From Negaprion brevirostris (taxonomy: Eukaryota), in contig JARDVH010000025.1 of assembly GCA_030324005.1 (NCBI GenBank), forward strand, positions 118,553,169 to 118,617,168: a stretch of 64,000 nucleotides of DNA, read 5' to 3'. The stretch's first letter is position 1; every line of letters begins with the position of its first letter. Of this stretch, positions 25,141-38,820 are shown piece after piece. The translations under genes were made by a program, and so were the position numbers. The notes below the pieces were generated by a model, which was not told the origin of the DNA, did no database searches, and was given only the letters and a program-made list of their open reading frames with translations.

Positions 25141-25829
25141 GGAAAGTGCTCTGTACAGTCATTCCAGGTTTGGGAGCTGACGGTAGAATGTTAACATTTC
25201 TATCACGGAGGCTGTGAACAGTGTCGGCCCAGTTAAACCATATTAGCTTAGTGCAAAGGCATGGAACTTTCTCTAGTACACTACCAATTAATTGTCCTTA
25301 AAATCACGCCCAAACTAATTGCAATATAATACCCATTCAAAAACAAAACCTAAACATTAGAGATGTTAGAAATCCTGAGCAGGTCAGGAAGCATCTGTGA
25401 AGACAAACTGAATGAACGGTTTGCGCTGCTGACTTTGCCTCAGAACTGAGTAAGAATATGCATACAACAGTCTATAAACCAAAGAAGGGCGGGATGGTAC
25501 AGGATGCACAAAATTGAACCTCTGTGCGGGAGGAAGGAAGGGTAGAAAATTATTCATGATGCACAAAAATCTAGAGTTGTAATGTTTACGGTAAAGGAAA
25601 AAAAATCCCGATAAATTTGTAAGCGGCTGCATAGCAACTATCCGAATGCAACATTCGGGATGAAAAATAAAGAGTAGTGGAAAAATCACACCAATAAAAA
25701 AAAACAACCTGGAGAATGTTATGAAGAATAAATCATTGTAACAGAGTCCGAATGAAGCATCTGAATTAGCGTGATTGTGAGCTGTGAGGAGGATGCATAG
25801 ATGGTTCATTGTGATTTGGACAGACTGAG

Positions 25830-27000
25830 AGTGTAGCAACTGCATGACAGGGGTAGTATAAAATGGATCAATGTGAGGTTATCCGCATTGGTAGCAATAA
25901 TAAGATCACAGATTATCATTTATATGGATGAAAATTGAGAGAGATGGAAACTCAGTGAGACATGATGTTATTGTGCATCAGTCACTAGAAGTAAGCACGG
26001 AGGTACAGCAGGCAGGAAAGAAGGCAAATGGCATTTCAGCCTTCATAGCGAAAGGATTTGAGACGTTTTACTGCAATCTCATACAGCATTGGTGAGGCCA
26101 CACCTGAAGTATTGTGCACAGTTTTCAGGTTCTTATCTGAGAATCGATGTTCTTGCCATAGAAGGAGTGCAGCTAATGTTTATCAGACTGATTACTGCCC
26201 AGTGTCGCTGCGCTGAGAGGTGGCAAGTGGAGTTCAATGCGGAAAAGTGTGAAGTGAATCACTTTGGATGGAGTAACAGGAATAAAGTGCACTGGGCTAA
26301 TGGTAAGATATTTGGTAGTGTGGATGAGCAGAGAAATCTCGCTGTCCATGTGCAAAGATCCCTGAAAGTTGGCGCTCAGGTTGATAGGGTTGTTAAGAAG
26401 GCATGTTAGCTTTTATTGGTAGAGGGATTGAGTTTCGGAACCGTGAGGTCATGTTGCACTGTACAAAGCTCTGGTGCTGCGTTCTTGGAGTGTTGTGTAC
26501 AGTTCTGGTCGCCACATTTTCAGAACGATGTGGAAGCATTGGAAAGGGTGCAGAGAAGAATTACCAGGATGTTGCTGGGTATGGTGGCAAGGTCTGATGA
26601 GGAAAGGCTGACGGACTTGAGGCTGATTTTGTTAGAGAGAAGGTTAAGAGCTGACTTAATAGAGGCATATAAGACTATAAGAGGATTAGATACGGAGGAC
26701 AATGAGAGCCTGTTTCCTCAGATGGAGATGGCTAGCACAAGGGCACATAGCTTGAAATGGAGGGGTGATAGGTATAGGATGTCAGAGGCACGGTCTTTAC
26801 TCAGAGTAGTAAGGGTGTAGAATGCCTTGCCTGCAACTGTAGTGGACTCACCAACTTTGAGGGCATTAAAATGGTCATTGGATAAACATATGGAGGATAT
26901 TGGAGTACTGTAGGTTAGATGGGCTTTAGATTGTTTTCACAGGTCGATGCAACATGGAGGGCCGAAGGGCCGGTACTGCACTGTAAAGTTCTATGTTCTA
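25830..27000 (+). mobile_element. Two nested/adjacent CR1 LINE 3' fragments (junction ~26200)
   Basis: VRPHLKYCAQF then restart at WAERWQVEFNAEKCEV..LECCVQFWSP..LERVQRRITRM..RLRADLIEAYK; 3' tail gggccgaagggcc...ttctatgttcta. Confidence 0.85.
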
Positions 27001-28509
27001 TAACTCTGTGGCCGGAAATATGAAGTGTTATACTACTTTATAAAATAAAAAATAAATACATCTTTCCTTCCGTCTGCAGTACGCTGCATTTATCATCTGC
27101 CTCTCCTCATCTTCCTTTTTGTCCCAGACAATATTCATTTTCCAACCATCCACTCACTGCCCTTCATCATATTCCCCCTCTTTCCATTTCCATTCACTCA
27201 TCCCCTTTCCTTTTGTCAGAATTTCTATCCTCCCATCTCCTGTTCACCTCTTTAACTCACGTTTCTCTGGCCTTACTTTCTTAGTTTGTTTGAAATTACT
27301 TGAAATTGACGCTGAATATCCGTGGTGGTGGTTGGATTAATTTTACGTTTGGATTGTGGAAGTAGACTTAATGGATTGCACAAATTTGGAAAGTATCGCA
27401 CATGAACGCTTGTAAACAAATAGGCTGTGACAACGTGAAATAAAAAAAAAGTCACATGCAGTTATAAGTACTTTCTCCTCGTCTTGGATTAATTTTGCAG
27501 CGCCCCCCCTCCCCGCCCCCAGGTGGCAGCATTAGCAGTTGTAAAGATGAAGTATGTGTAAATATGAGAATCAATGAGGAACATAGTAACAGACTCCAGG
27601 AAGACATGGACAAACGTGTGGAAGTCAGTTAATATTTAATATGTGGTGGTGTAGAGTGATGAATTTGATCAGCAGGCTGAAAAAGGCAACATAAACCAAA
27701 CGGTTCAAAATTAAATTGGTGTTTCCGACGAAAATAGCTACATCGACCTCGGAAATGTAAGAATTAGGCGCAAAATAGGCAAATTCAGACTTTCGAGTCT
27801 GCTCCGCCATTCAGTCAGATCATGACTGATATTCCACTCGTTCAAATGCACCGCCGAGCCTGTTCCCCGTTTCGCATAACTAGTGATGACTTTGAAATTG
27901 ACTATAAAATTCAAAAGTGTGAATTCTATCTGAGATTCATTTAAAATACAGCAATCGGGATTTTACTTCACAGTTAACTTTGAAATGTCGCAATTTCGTG
28001 ACTTATTAAAGTACAAAAATCAATTACATTGAACCCAATATTTTCTTAATTACAATCCATCAGTTATAAAAATCAGATAATTCTTGATTTACAGTACAGC
28101 CAAATCATCAGTTATATTCATCTTCCCTTCGTCATGCTGCACGTCAATTAACTCTGACACTGGGTTAAACTATAGGAAAACTGGTCTGCACATTGCACCA
28201 AAAGCTCAAATTTTCCATCACGAATATTGGGAGAGAACGAAATGCTCTCCAGCTCCTGAATGGTCGTGCTGACTATTGTTTTCAAGTTTCAGATGCTGAA
28301 ACAAATGCTGAAACTAAAACAGCAGTATATTGCCAGAATCGTTCACATTTCCCTATTTTATTCATTTTATCCATTGTTCCTGAAAGCAACTAGTCTTAAA
28401 GCCCAGGAAATCAGCATTTTTAAATATATTAGGAAAATAATTAGGCTTTGGCCTTTCATAAATGACATTTTGAACAAAGATGGTCCGTGAGTTGCACATA
28501 CAAGAACAT

Positions 28510-28980
28510 AACTGTTAGGACAATCTTTCAGCGGGTTTCACTAAGTGGTATTGAAGAAACTGTGATATATTTCCAATCCGGGCGATGAGTAGCTTGGTTG
28601 GGAAATTCCAGCTGGTGTATTTCCATGTGCCTGTTGCCTTTGTCTTTCTAGGTGGTTCTGTGCTGCAAGGGATATTGATGTGTTATTGCACTGATTCTTG
28701 AAATTGTAATTTGATCGTCACTGTGCATCGGTGGTGGTTGGAGTCAATGAAGGATAGAATGTCAATCAAGTAAGCTGCTTAATTCTTTAGAGGCCAATGA
28801 CATGAAATGTTTTTGGAGTTGTACTCACACCGGTAACAGGACAATTACTATTATTTGTGTGCTAGAGATTGTGGAGTGGTTTTGCCGAATCAGGTGCTGT
28901 TTCGTTTATCAGATGATGCTGAACACCGCAGCTGCTGTTCAGCACACTATTTATATGGCCAATGAATTCTTTATTTGGCC
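28510..28980 (-). mobile_element. Old LINE (L2/CR1-group) fragment, reverse
   Basis: gatatatttccaa.c.gg..gatg, ttccatgtgcctgttgcc.ttgtctttctaggtgg, caatcaagt..gctgct motifs of a common shark LINE. Confidence 0.5.
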
Positions 28981-31399
28981 TATGCCATATCCCTCAAAAC
29001 GTTTAGATTTAAGTTGATTCTGCTAAAAAAAAATGTTATCCCACTGGCTTGTTGCACAGAATGGAGATCGAGGAAATAATCACAAAAAAATTGCGACAAA
29101 TACTTTGTAGAAAAATATCTCTCAGAAAAAAAATGGCAATTTGGTTGTCCTGTTCACAAGAGGAATGCAGTCCACGGCATTTTCCAGCGACAACCATGCC
29201 TTGTTTAATGGCATTCACAGTGAATTAATTCACGTTACTAAGCATATCAATTACGCTTATCCAANNNNNNNNNNNNNNNNNNNNNNNNNNNNNNNNNNNN
29301 NNNNNNNCCACCTGCTGCACCTGCAGGCTGGGTTTTTGCGACTCATGCACAAGGACCCCGAGGTCCCTCTGCACCGTCGCCTGCAGCAGTTTTTCGCCAC
29401 GTAAGGAATATCATCTGCTAAATTTTCATCCCTCCCAGCAGCTGAGGCAGTTTACAAAATTCTGCTTCAGGATCAATAGTCCAGGTCGTTTAGTTAGAAG
29501 AAAATTCATTGCTCAGAGAGCGGATGTAGCGACCGATCAGTTTTCGCAACTGCACAATAGGAATGTTTTGAAATCTGTGAGGTCCAGGCTGTTGTAGCTG
29601 TAGGTTTGTCTGGTAGATTGCTTTTAGATTTGACTTTTACATGTGTTGTCTGCAGATGTTCGGCGAAGTACGTGATGTGATCTGAAGTCATTACCAAGAG
29701 TGTCAGATCGGCAGTCCTTGACCACGATCCCAATTCATTTACTATTAGATAATTACGTCACAGAATGGACCCCGGACTCATCAGCCATCAACTTCTATTA
29801 GACGTGGGTATAACTATTAACAAAACAAACAAAAACATGGAAAATGACTATAATAATGCACCCCTTCACCCTACGCATATTTTCAAAGAGATACCCAGAG
29901 TTTCAAAGTAACAGAAGTTACAATTTATAGTCTCATATGTTATTTGTAAACACACAGTCGACGTCGTTGAAAAGGCAAAGTGAGGTTTGAAACGAAATGG
30001 CTGATGCCACTCAAAACAACCTCAATGTGAGTTTTCATCAAATCCTACAGCAAACCTGTCACATGGTCTCACTGGAACTCTAGTTTCCACGCGACCATTT
30101 CCAAAATTGGCTGTTTTCAAGTACACGCATTTCAAATAATAGAGAAAAGCAAAATAATTTGATGAATTGAGGGCACAGATATGAAGGTGACAGGATGGGG
30201 AACTGAACAATTCTGCCGATGCCGTTGTCAGATCACATTGAAAGTGAGGTACATCGAAAGGATACACAATTTTCTTTGCTCAATCAATTGCTTGGGTGGG
30301 GAGGTGAGGGGAGCGGTGTGGAAAATGTTCGCTGCTGAAGTGTCAAGAGGATAGAAAATTAATCATCTGTGGCCATATGCATTAAATACTGAGCGAAAAA
30401 CAACAGTCACAGGAGCAAGATAGACCCCCAAAGCTTCAAACATATATCGAAGAACAAACGTAAAATATGAATCCCAGGAAACAGAAACATAGCAACGTAG
30501 CCGTGGAACATTCCAACTATGGGAATATCAACTCTGCTAGTTGGGAGAAAAAGGGTGGAAGATGATAGAACTCCGAATGTGCCGTCAGGAGAGGAAATTA
30601 AAGCGGCCATTTGCAGCAAGGCATACAAGGCAGGCTATGGTGCTGGTCTTCGTTTTTTTTTCAAATGAAGCAAAGCAGTCAAAAAGATAGAACATTTTGT
30701 TAGTCGTGTCCGTAAATCAGTTAGTGATAGCATAATTACAGGAATGGACGATGAAAAACGAATAGTTCAAATTCTACTTAGTTCAAAGCCAATTCTGCTT
30801 AATGGAAGAACGGTTCAGCAAACGTGGACAGAAAATATTACTTGGATTCAGGCCAGCGTCAGATCAGTCTGAAATATTCAAGTGGGAAATGAGACTGAGA
30901 GGGGGCGCATATGGAGCGGCCACTCCATTCGTTACACACCTAATCTCAATGGATTTACAGAGTGAGACAAGTAGAAGAAGTTTTCTGATGGAGAACAAAA
31001 ATTCAATTANNNNNNNNNNAATTACGTAAAACGTTGGTGAGAGCATAGGACTGGATACGTGATCTCCGAAAGGACACTATTAAAGTAAATAGACGTCAGG
31101 AAACAGATTTGTTAAAATAAATAAACGAAAGAACAAATAAGTTCTGTCAATATTTTACAAGTAAGAGAATCAGTAAGTAGTATCGCCTAGCAAAAAAGGA
31201 CAATAAAAGTAACCAAAAGTAGAGGGAGATTGTTCTGATTCGTCGTGAATAATGCCATCCGCCTCACAAGAGTGTGTACGTGCTTGTTTGTGTGTGTGTG
31301 TGTGTGTTTATGTTTCGGGTAGTCAGGTCTGCCATGGATGTTGTAAATGAACTTGTCTCTAAAATGTTGGGTGCAACGCGGGCAGTGTTAAAGGGACAA

Positions 31400-32420
31400 T
31401 TATGCTACAGTAAAGAGGACCAATAACCAGGGCGAGCTGAAATGTATTTCTGGCCATTAAAATATGCAAGGCAGGAAATAGCTCAGGGTCTGTCGAGCAT
31501 TTTCCAAGTCTGACTAGATAGAGGTGAGGGTCTAGGCAATTGGATGTTTGCAAGTGTTGCAGCTTAATTCAAATTGGGAGCCTTGGACAGAGAGGATAAT
31601 GAAAGGCCTGTTCGACTGACCTTGGTAGTTGGAAAACTATCAGCACCAATTTGAAGTGACAGCAGACCCCTTCAATTGAGAGTTCTGAGCTAAATAAGGA
31701 CAGTCAGCAAGGCTTTTTTTAAAGGTAAGTTCTTGTGTGTATAGATTGTACTAATTAAATGTGCAAATAGCTAGTAGGACTTGGTGAAGGTAATGCAGTT
31801 GATGTGATGGTCGAAACGGATTTTGTTGAGTTCTTTGGTGATTTCCAGTATCAAAGTCTGGATTCAAATCGTAAGTCCATATATCCCCGGGGAATGCCGT
31901 TAGCTGATGACAAAAGTAGCTTAATGAACAAATGCATGGTTACTTTTCGTTGTACTTTTTTTTGAACAAGAAAGCTGTTTGTAATGAGATTAATATTAGC
32001 TCAGCACCAGATTGCTTGATTTACTCTCAGGTTGCACTAAGGATTAGTAGTTTGAATGAAATTTAAGGGGGGGAAGTCAAGTATTTTGCGGACGTCGCAG
32101 TCATTGGTCCCATGTTTGATAGCGAAGTGGATGCTGTAAACTTCATGAAGATGTCAATGTACGGATCATGTACGCAGCCAAATGGCAAATGGTAATCAAC
32201 GCAAAGCATTGTCAGTTGTTAAATTTAGAGAGTTCAAAAAGGCAAAATTATTCACTATCGGCATGTAAATACTGTGAGATAAAAGGCAAGTGAACAACAT
32301 CGAACGGGAAGTTGATAGATCGCTGAGTCTCAAACATTGCCAAGTTTGAAACAGAGGTTGCGCAGTGCGAAGTCTTTGCAAAGTTTACGACATGGCTTAC
32401 ATACAGTAATATACTGGGGC
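31400..32420 (+). mobile_element. Very old CR1-like LINE RT fragment
   Basis: Remnants gacagtcagcaaggctttt..aaaggtaagttcttg (SQ.GF.KGKSC), aagtattttgcggacg (K.FAD), aaatggcaaatgg (KWQM). Confidence 0.55.
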
Positions 32421-32474
32421 TTCACTAATCCAAGGAGCAGAGCCTGAAATTATGCATAATCAACAAGCAGACGA

Positions 32475-32680
32475 TGTGGGTTTCCTCCGGTAGTTTTCTC
32501 CCAGAGCCCAAAGATTTGCGGTTTAGGTGGATTGGCCGTGTTAAGTTTTCCCTTAGACTCAAGGGGAATAGATAGAGAAAATACATGGGGTTATGGGGAT
32601 GGGGTTTGGTTGGGATTGGGATTGGTGCAGACTCGATGGACCGAATGGCCTGCTTCTAAGCTGTAGGTATCTAAGTCTAT
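32475..32680 (+). mobile_element. 5'-truncated HE1-type SINE
   Basis: gtgggtttctcc...ccaaagatttgcggtttaggtggattggcc...ggtgcagactcgatggaccgaatggcct. Confidence 0.75.
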
Positions 32681-32886
32681 GCCACCATACTGTATCACCT
32701 TTGAAAATCTCAATATGTCCAGCATTGAAGTAATACTGTTCAGCTAGCTTGACAGATAGCGATCTGTCAGCATGTTGAGGAGGCAGGAGTCTTCTGCCAC
32801 TATGGTAACAGAGGTAGGAAGCGTGTGAAACTATAATGATGTTGAACGTAGGAAAGTTTATTGTTGAATAATTATGCGCCTTACAA

Positions 32887-33737
32887 CTAACCTGCTGACG
32901 ACTGTCACCCTGAAACCTGAAGAATGTGGTATTTCCAAATATGTCGTTTGTTTCTTCGTGGCGATGGCAATGGCGGATCCATTGATCATTGTATTCGACC
33001 TGATATTGAGACCTATGCCGATTGTTTATAAGAGGGAGTTTCTGGTTCTGGACTTCACTGATGTGTAAAGTATCCACTGTTGTTCTCTTTTATACAGTGG
33101 CTGACTGTTCTACTTCGTTCACCCTGACTTTCATCCACGACATTTGTTCCCAGAAATTAATAAATAAGTGCTGCATCAAAAGAAGTTGGGTCTAATTTTG
33201 GAAAGAACGACTGTGCTGAGCATTAAAAAAAATCTGATACTTAATGTTCACAGATCGCTATTGTCTGCAAAGCCTCCCCTGGTTTGTTATGTAAAGTTTA
33301 CTGTTCAGAAATCTATGGCCTATGTAACAATCGAGTTCCTTCAGCACATTCTAACCCCTTGTGTTCCATTTGTATTGATGCTGCTTCTCAGTGTTTTCAC
33401 GGTCAGACATATTTTAATGACCAACAGAGTCCAGAGGTGACACTTGATTCTTAGCCGCCTCAGTAATTTTACTCTTTTCTTTTATCTCGGCGAACTTCAT
33501 TCTGTTATGGGCAATGTTAAGGTTCTATTCTATTTGGAAGGGGATGTTAAACGTGGGATACTATTCTGCTTGCCTACATGGATTTGCTGTAGAATTGGGC
33601 TTCTTGTTGTAACTGAAGCATTGAGACAAGAATACCCCATTTATACCATAATCCACAGCAATCTCCGAGAGCAATTGAAAATTCCTCAAATATCCTGTTA
33701 CTTGTATCATTCAATTATTTCAATGACGAGTAATTAA
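32887..33737 (+). pseudogene. Heavily decayed GPR139-like GPCR pseudogene (locus D), exon 2
   Basis: TNLLTTVTLKPEECGISKYVVCFFVAMAMADPLIIVFDLILRPMPIVY; ADCS.SFTLTF; TIEFLQHILTPCVPFVLMLLLSVFTVRHILMTNRVQR; SNLREQLK; multiple stops, frameshifts, deletions; acceptor ttacAG changed to ttacAA. Confidence 0.88.
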
Positions 33738-34308
33738 CTCTATTATACATGTTCCCGAGCATCTCGTTTTATTTAATGGTTATGAGCGTGTGAATGGAGC
33801 TACGGTTACAAAACAATTGGCGACTAGATTACTCACGCGAATGAGAGATAGTGCGATCTGTCAGTGTAGTGAGGGACAGACGTTTTCTGCCACGATGGTA
33901 ACAGAGCCGGGCAGCTTGTGAAACTGCAATGATGGTGAATGTAAGAATTGACAATCAAAACTTTAACATCTCGCATACCAATTGGACATTGAGCAAAACC
34001 ATTCCCCATTCTGAGTACGCTTTTATTGGCTGGTCTACCGATCCTTGACCCCCAATCATTACACAGATTGGACAGGGCGTGTTGTCACCCAACTCAAACA
34101 ATCATTCAACAGCATAATGCCCTCATTTAAGTTCCTTGCACAGCCAAATCAGAAATTATCCTCACCCTGCATCATTGCATTCCTGGAAACACTTCTCCTC
34201 GGTTTCTTATCAATGTTGTGTCTGCATTCAATTGACATAAAATATTAACGTTGCTTGATGCTTCATGAGTATTTGTTTTGCTATTCCAATCTCTCCTCTC
34301 AACCTTAC

Positions 34309-36838
34309 GTTGCTGCTCGCCACAAACTGTAACCGGGATTACAATCCACAGAAGACAGTGACAGGTAAGGATAAGAGTGTTCAGAGTATATCTGAAATAG
34401 AAGAGAACAAATAAGTTGTCGCAAATGGTCCGAAGATGCGCTTGACCTACAACTGGCTTTGCACCTCTTAATGATAGCGCATTGGAAAAGCATTAGAGTT
34501 ACTGCGACAGTTAAATGTAGCTAATTGTCCAATTCATTTCTTCTTTTACACTTCACTGCAATTAAGACATTACATATATGATTATGTCTTGAATGATAAA
34601 AGTTTCAAGTCAATAAGTTTGTCATTGCGTTAACTGCGGTTGCTTCGATGTTAATGGAGAGGGAGCAGGTTGCCTATTCAGGACACTATTTCTTAGCTCC
34701 TTAGCATTTTAACCAGGAATCGGCAGACGGATGGATTGAGACAGAACAGCAGGAAAAGTTAATGGGACAGAGCGTAATATATTTAAGGAAGGAATCAACT
34801 CGTGAGAGAGAGAGAGACAGAGAGAGGAGGGTTGGAGAGACAACAAGTGTTGGGTTTTCGATTGTGTGTACCTGTCTGTTGCATGGGTGCCTGTGAGTGC
34901 TTAAGAGAGACTGTATGTTTCTTTGTCTGTACACTTTAATCTGAGCATCAGTATTCCATGGCCACAACTAAGTTTAGACGCCAATTGCGGGTTGCAGAAC
35001 GATTGCAATTGGAACTGCACAGGGTGATATCTTGTTGCTTCATTTCTAAGGGTGACGGAGGATTTTCACTCTAGCGACGGGTGCTGGTTGGGCGTCAGGT
35101 TCGGAGCAATGGTGAAAGAGTTTGTGTAAGACCCTACCAGTGTTATTTTACTTCTATCACAAAAACATCGAGAAAGGTAAAATCACTCGCATATTTTGGA
35201 TTAGGAGTTCTGTGACACCCCACTACATGGAATCTAACCGACATCCCACCCCACTGCCCGCCACCTGACCTGGAATGACGCATCTCCCTTTGCATTCTCC
35301 AGTTCACATGTCCACCAGACTGCTCCCTGAAAACACTTAGACAGCAAGCACTGCATCAAGACCTTAACTTTTGCTCCTTCAGCCCTCCCCCTCCTTTGGT
35401 GAATAATCGCAATGCATTCTGTAGATGATAAATTTTGCATTTGATATGATCCGGCAGTGGAGTCAGTTTCTTTGGTGTGTGGGATGTTATTGAGTCATGC
35501 TGTTGATTCTTGTGTGATGCCAACATTCAAGAGTGTTGTTAAGACATCAATCATCCAGTAAATATTAAAAATAACTCGGTGAGTTTTTGAATTGTTGTTA
35601 ATAGATGCAGAGGAGGCATGGAGATACAGAATGATGGGTTTCCCTTCAGATTTTCCAGTTTGCGACCTCTTCGAGTATTTATATGGATGGATAACTTATT
35701 TTTCTTCGAAAATCATAATTTCCAGAATATTAATTGGAATAAAATAATCAATGGCAATGACATTGAATGTCAAGGGGAGATTATTGTGTTGATTTATAGT
35801 TGAGGTGATTGTTTCCTGGTAATTATGTGTGCAGACGTTGCCACATATCAGCCCCAGCCTGAGTACTGTTCAAGTATTGTCTGCTGTGGCCTTATGCTAC
35901 TTTAACATGAATGGTGCAGAACTTTATGAAATCAGCAGGGAACAAACAGTTGTTACAGGAGTAGTTAACTGGCCGAATCATCTGACCTTGCTTGTGCCTC
36001 AGAGACTGCCACAAGGAACATCTGCAGCGAATTCCAGGAATTTAGATATTCGATGTCCAACAACAAGAAACATCTGATACTCTGCTAACAGTGACATCAA
36101 ACACTCGAGTGTTTATGCTTGTTTCTCACCAGCTCAGTTTTTCCTGAATCACAAATACAATTTACTGAAATCTGGTATACGTGATATGCAGCTCTTCAGC
36201 AGTCGGCTGAGATGTAATGTCACGTTGACGGGGGTTTTCCCTCGTGGCGATGTATTGCTTAGCTTAAGTTAATACAGAGATTCATGAAATCCAGTGTACT
36301 AATTTTAAGTCGTGCCTTTATTAACAAACGATCGACTGGGAGAATGGTATATAATATCCCAGCACTCAAGGTATAGAATGCAGGCATCCCAATATCAATT
36401 TGAAAAGCAACGCCTCCGTGAGGCCAATTTTACATTTCCAGAATCATATTTCCCACTTACCTGATGGACATTGTCCAGTGAACATGAATACAAATCAATC
36501 AATATTCATCACTTTTGTTAACTCCAGCCAATGGCAATATGCATGCTGATCTCTTGGGATCTAATTTGTCATTAATTACCGACGTTACCTCCCTTATGTT
36601 GCCTAACAGCACAGAACACTGGACAGTGAGAAGGGAGAATGATTCCCACCGACTCGAACTCGAATGATTCCAACCGACCCTGAGGAATACGTTATATCTG
36701 TATACCAACCGTATTATCAGTTTGGAGTTGTACACTTATATTCATCAAACTGGCATGGGTAGCCATCGTGTTCCCAATAACTGCTGTTAACATAGCCACA
36801 TCCAGTAGGACTATTGTCCTCAGGAATGTCTGTCTCAT
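34309..36838 (-). pseudogene. Candidate decayed Ig-superfamily gene (leader plus V-like exon 36838-36461; TM-like exon 34391-34309)
   Basis: MRQTFLRTIVLLDVAMLTAVIG leader; ..LRVGWNH..; ILPLAGVNKSDE-[8-nt GATT duplication]-x-LYSC; CAG|GTAAGT donor; downstream ttctatttcAG..|GTAAGG exon encoding hydrophobic stretch. Confidence 0.4.
35440..36150 (-). mobile_element. Old LINE fragment, reverse
   Basis: caatggcaatgacattgaatgtcaaggggaga, gccacatatcagccccagcctga, gactgccacaaggaacatctgcagc motifs. Confidence 0.5.
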
Positions 36839-38399
36839 ACCTCATCCTATCAGCCCTGCTATATTTTCTCGTGGCTGTTCTCAAAGCATCACTAAATTCA
36901 AACTGCANNNNNNNNNNNNNNNNNNNNNNNNNNNNNNNNNNNNNNNNNNNNNNNNNNNNNNNNNNNNNNNNNNNNNNNNNNNNNNNNNNNNNNNNNNNNN
37001 NNNNNNNTTCCTCCTCAACTCCGTTCTAAACCGCCCCCCCTTTATCTTGAGGCTGTGCCCTCTAGTCCTACTGTCCTTTCTGAGAGGGTCTATGTCTTCA
37101 CGAAGGGGAAGTTTCTACACTTTCCAGTCCACTTCACTAATGCTATGTGGGTTGCATGGGAAGCAGTAAATGGCATTTTGCATGCATGAAAATAAACCTT
37201 TATAACTCCAGCAGAAGCAATGTTATGGAACTGGATTTCACGCCCACAGTGTTGCAAAAAAACAAGCTCATGTAGTTTCCCAGAGGAATTGCACATTTGT
37301 AAGTTTTAATTTACCATTTAATTGTGCATTTTCAATCAGGGGAAAATGGTTCGAGAGGGCGAGTGCTGCCTTTTTTACATCTGGGGCTTGAATTTATATC
37401 CAGTTCAATCTCTAAATATGGTGCCAAATGAATTAAGTCTTGGCAGTGTCGAGCCAGTTATTAATGAGGCCTGCCTACAGTACCCCAATTTGGCACTAAT
37501 TGACACTAACCTAGCAATTTCCATTTGAGAAGGTATAATTAACCTTGCTGGAACAATCATATGGTTGAGATAATGGACTATTTTCAAAGATAGTAAACAT
37601 ATTCTTTGTCCAGAATAGGTGAAATTTTGCACTGTGTCAGACTGAACACCACCACTGCAATTCATACCATTTGCATTCAGGTAGCATCTTAAATGTACAA
37701 AAAACATTGCAAGGTACTTCACAGAAGTATAAAAAAATGCACACACTATAACAAAGATGGAGGTTTTCAATGGGGTGAAAGTTGAAATAATTACGGATCT
37801 CAAAGGAAGAGAGGGAGCAAGGTGGAAGAGACGAGAGGTTTCAGGAGGGAATTCTGGACACTAAAATTATGTTGTGGGCATACGGATCGGTGGGAACAAA
37901 TAGTTGTAGTGGAGTAATTAGCTTTTATAAGGTCTCATTGGGTGACATGGTTATAATTACGTTTTTGCTTCATAAAGATGCAAGCTGTAAATAGCACCAG
38001 GTTTCTGTAACTGTGCTCTGTGTATATGCATATAAGCCAAAATGGATTAACTGGTTTTCACTCAGGCATCATACACTATGCTGCACACAATGTTTTAGGC
38101 TGCAAAGATATCAGAGTCTGCTGACTGAGGATGAGAGTGCGGATTCGTTAATTGAACAAATTTGGGTTGGAGAAGCTTCCAGCAAACTGATAGGGATTTT
38201 TGTTTCCCTCGGTGAGAAATAGACTTTAAAATGTGATTTTAGAGAAAAGGCTTTTGATACATGATACTGATCTTCAAAGGTGGTTGCATAAGCAAACATT
38301 AGTGGGCGACTGGGGGAGTACAGCTGTGACTCAGAGTCTTTCAGTGCAGATGTGGAGTAGTTAGAGATAATTTTCACTGCTAGTAATACCACAAAGATC

Positions 38400-38820
38400 C
38401 TAATAATCCAGTTGATAATCAGGAAGTGAGGAAAGGAAAAGGGTAATGTTTTTGATTGAATTAGACCCAGAAGCATATGAAATGTTCAAGAATTTGCTTG
38501 CCCTGATAAGCCAAATGACACACTGCTGTTGGACATTTTATGTAATCTTGAGTGGCAGTACAATCCCAAGCCATCGGAGACTTCAGGAAGCCGTCAATTT
38601 TGAACAAGGAATTAGTTGCCCAGTACATGAGGATGTTGAAGAGTTGAAGAGGGAGCATTGCGGGACAGATTTCTGTGTTGGATAATGGTGAGGAGAGGCT
38701 GATTGCATTTGCCTCATGCATGCTCAGTGTCAGTTAGTGAAATTATTTTCCAATAAAACATGAAGCATCTTCATTGATTTTTGGAGTAAGGCTCGAATTC
38801 AAAACTGATCAGAAACCATT
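38400..38820 (+). mobile_element. Internally deleted Ty3/Gypsy LTR-retrotransposon relic (gag plus RNase H pieces)
   Basis: FLIELDPEAYEMFKNLLA/PDKPNDT..LEWQYNPKP; RALRDRF.C.G; NGEERLIAFASCMLS...EASSLIFGV...TDQKP. Confidence 0.65.

Noticed and set aside
28145-28382. Possible decayed exon 1 of pseudogene D (MLK..IARIVHISL / ..IVP)
   Set aside because: Needs a frameshift, lacks a GT donor, and the start resembles a Penelope terminal repeat
29500-31050. Unique-looking stretch with several short ORFs (e.g. 30802-31029)
   Set aside because: No recognisable motif, splice pattern or repeat family; cannot support a call
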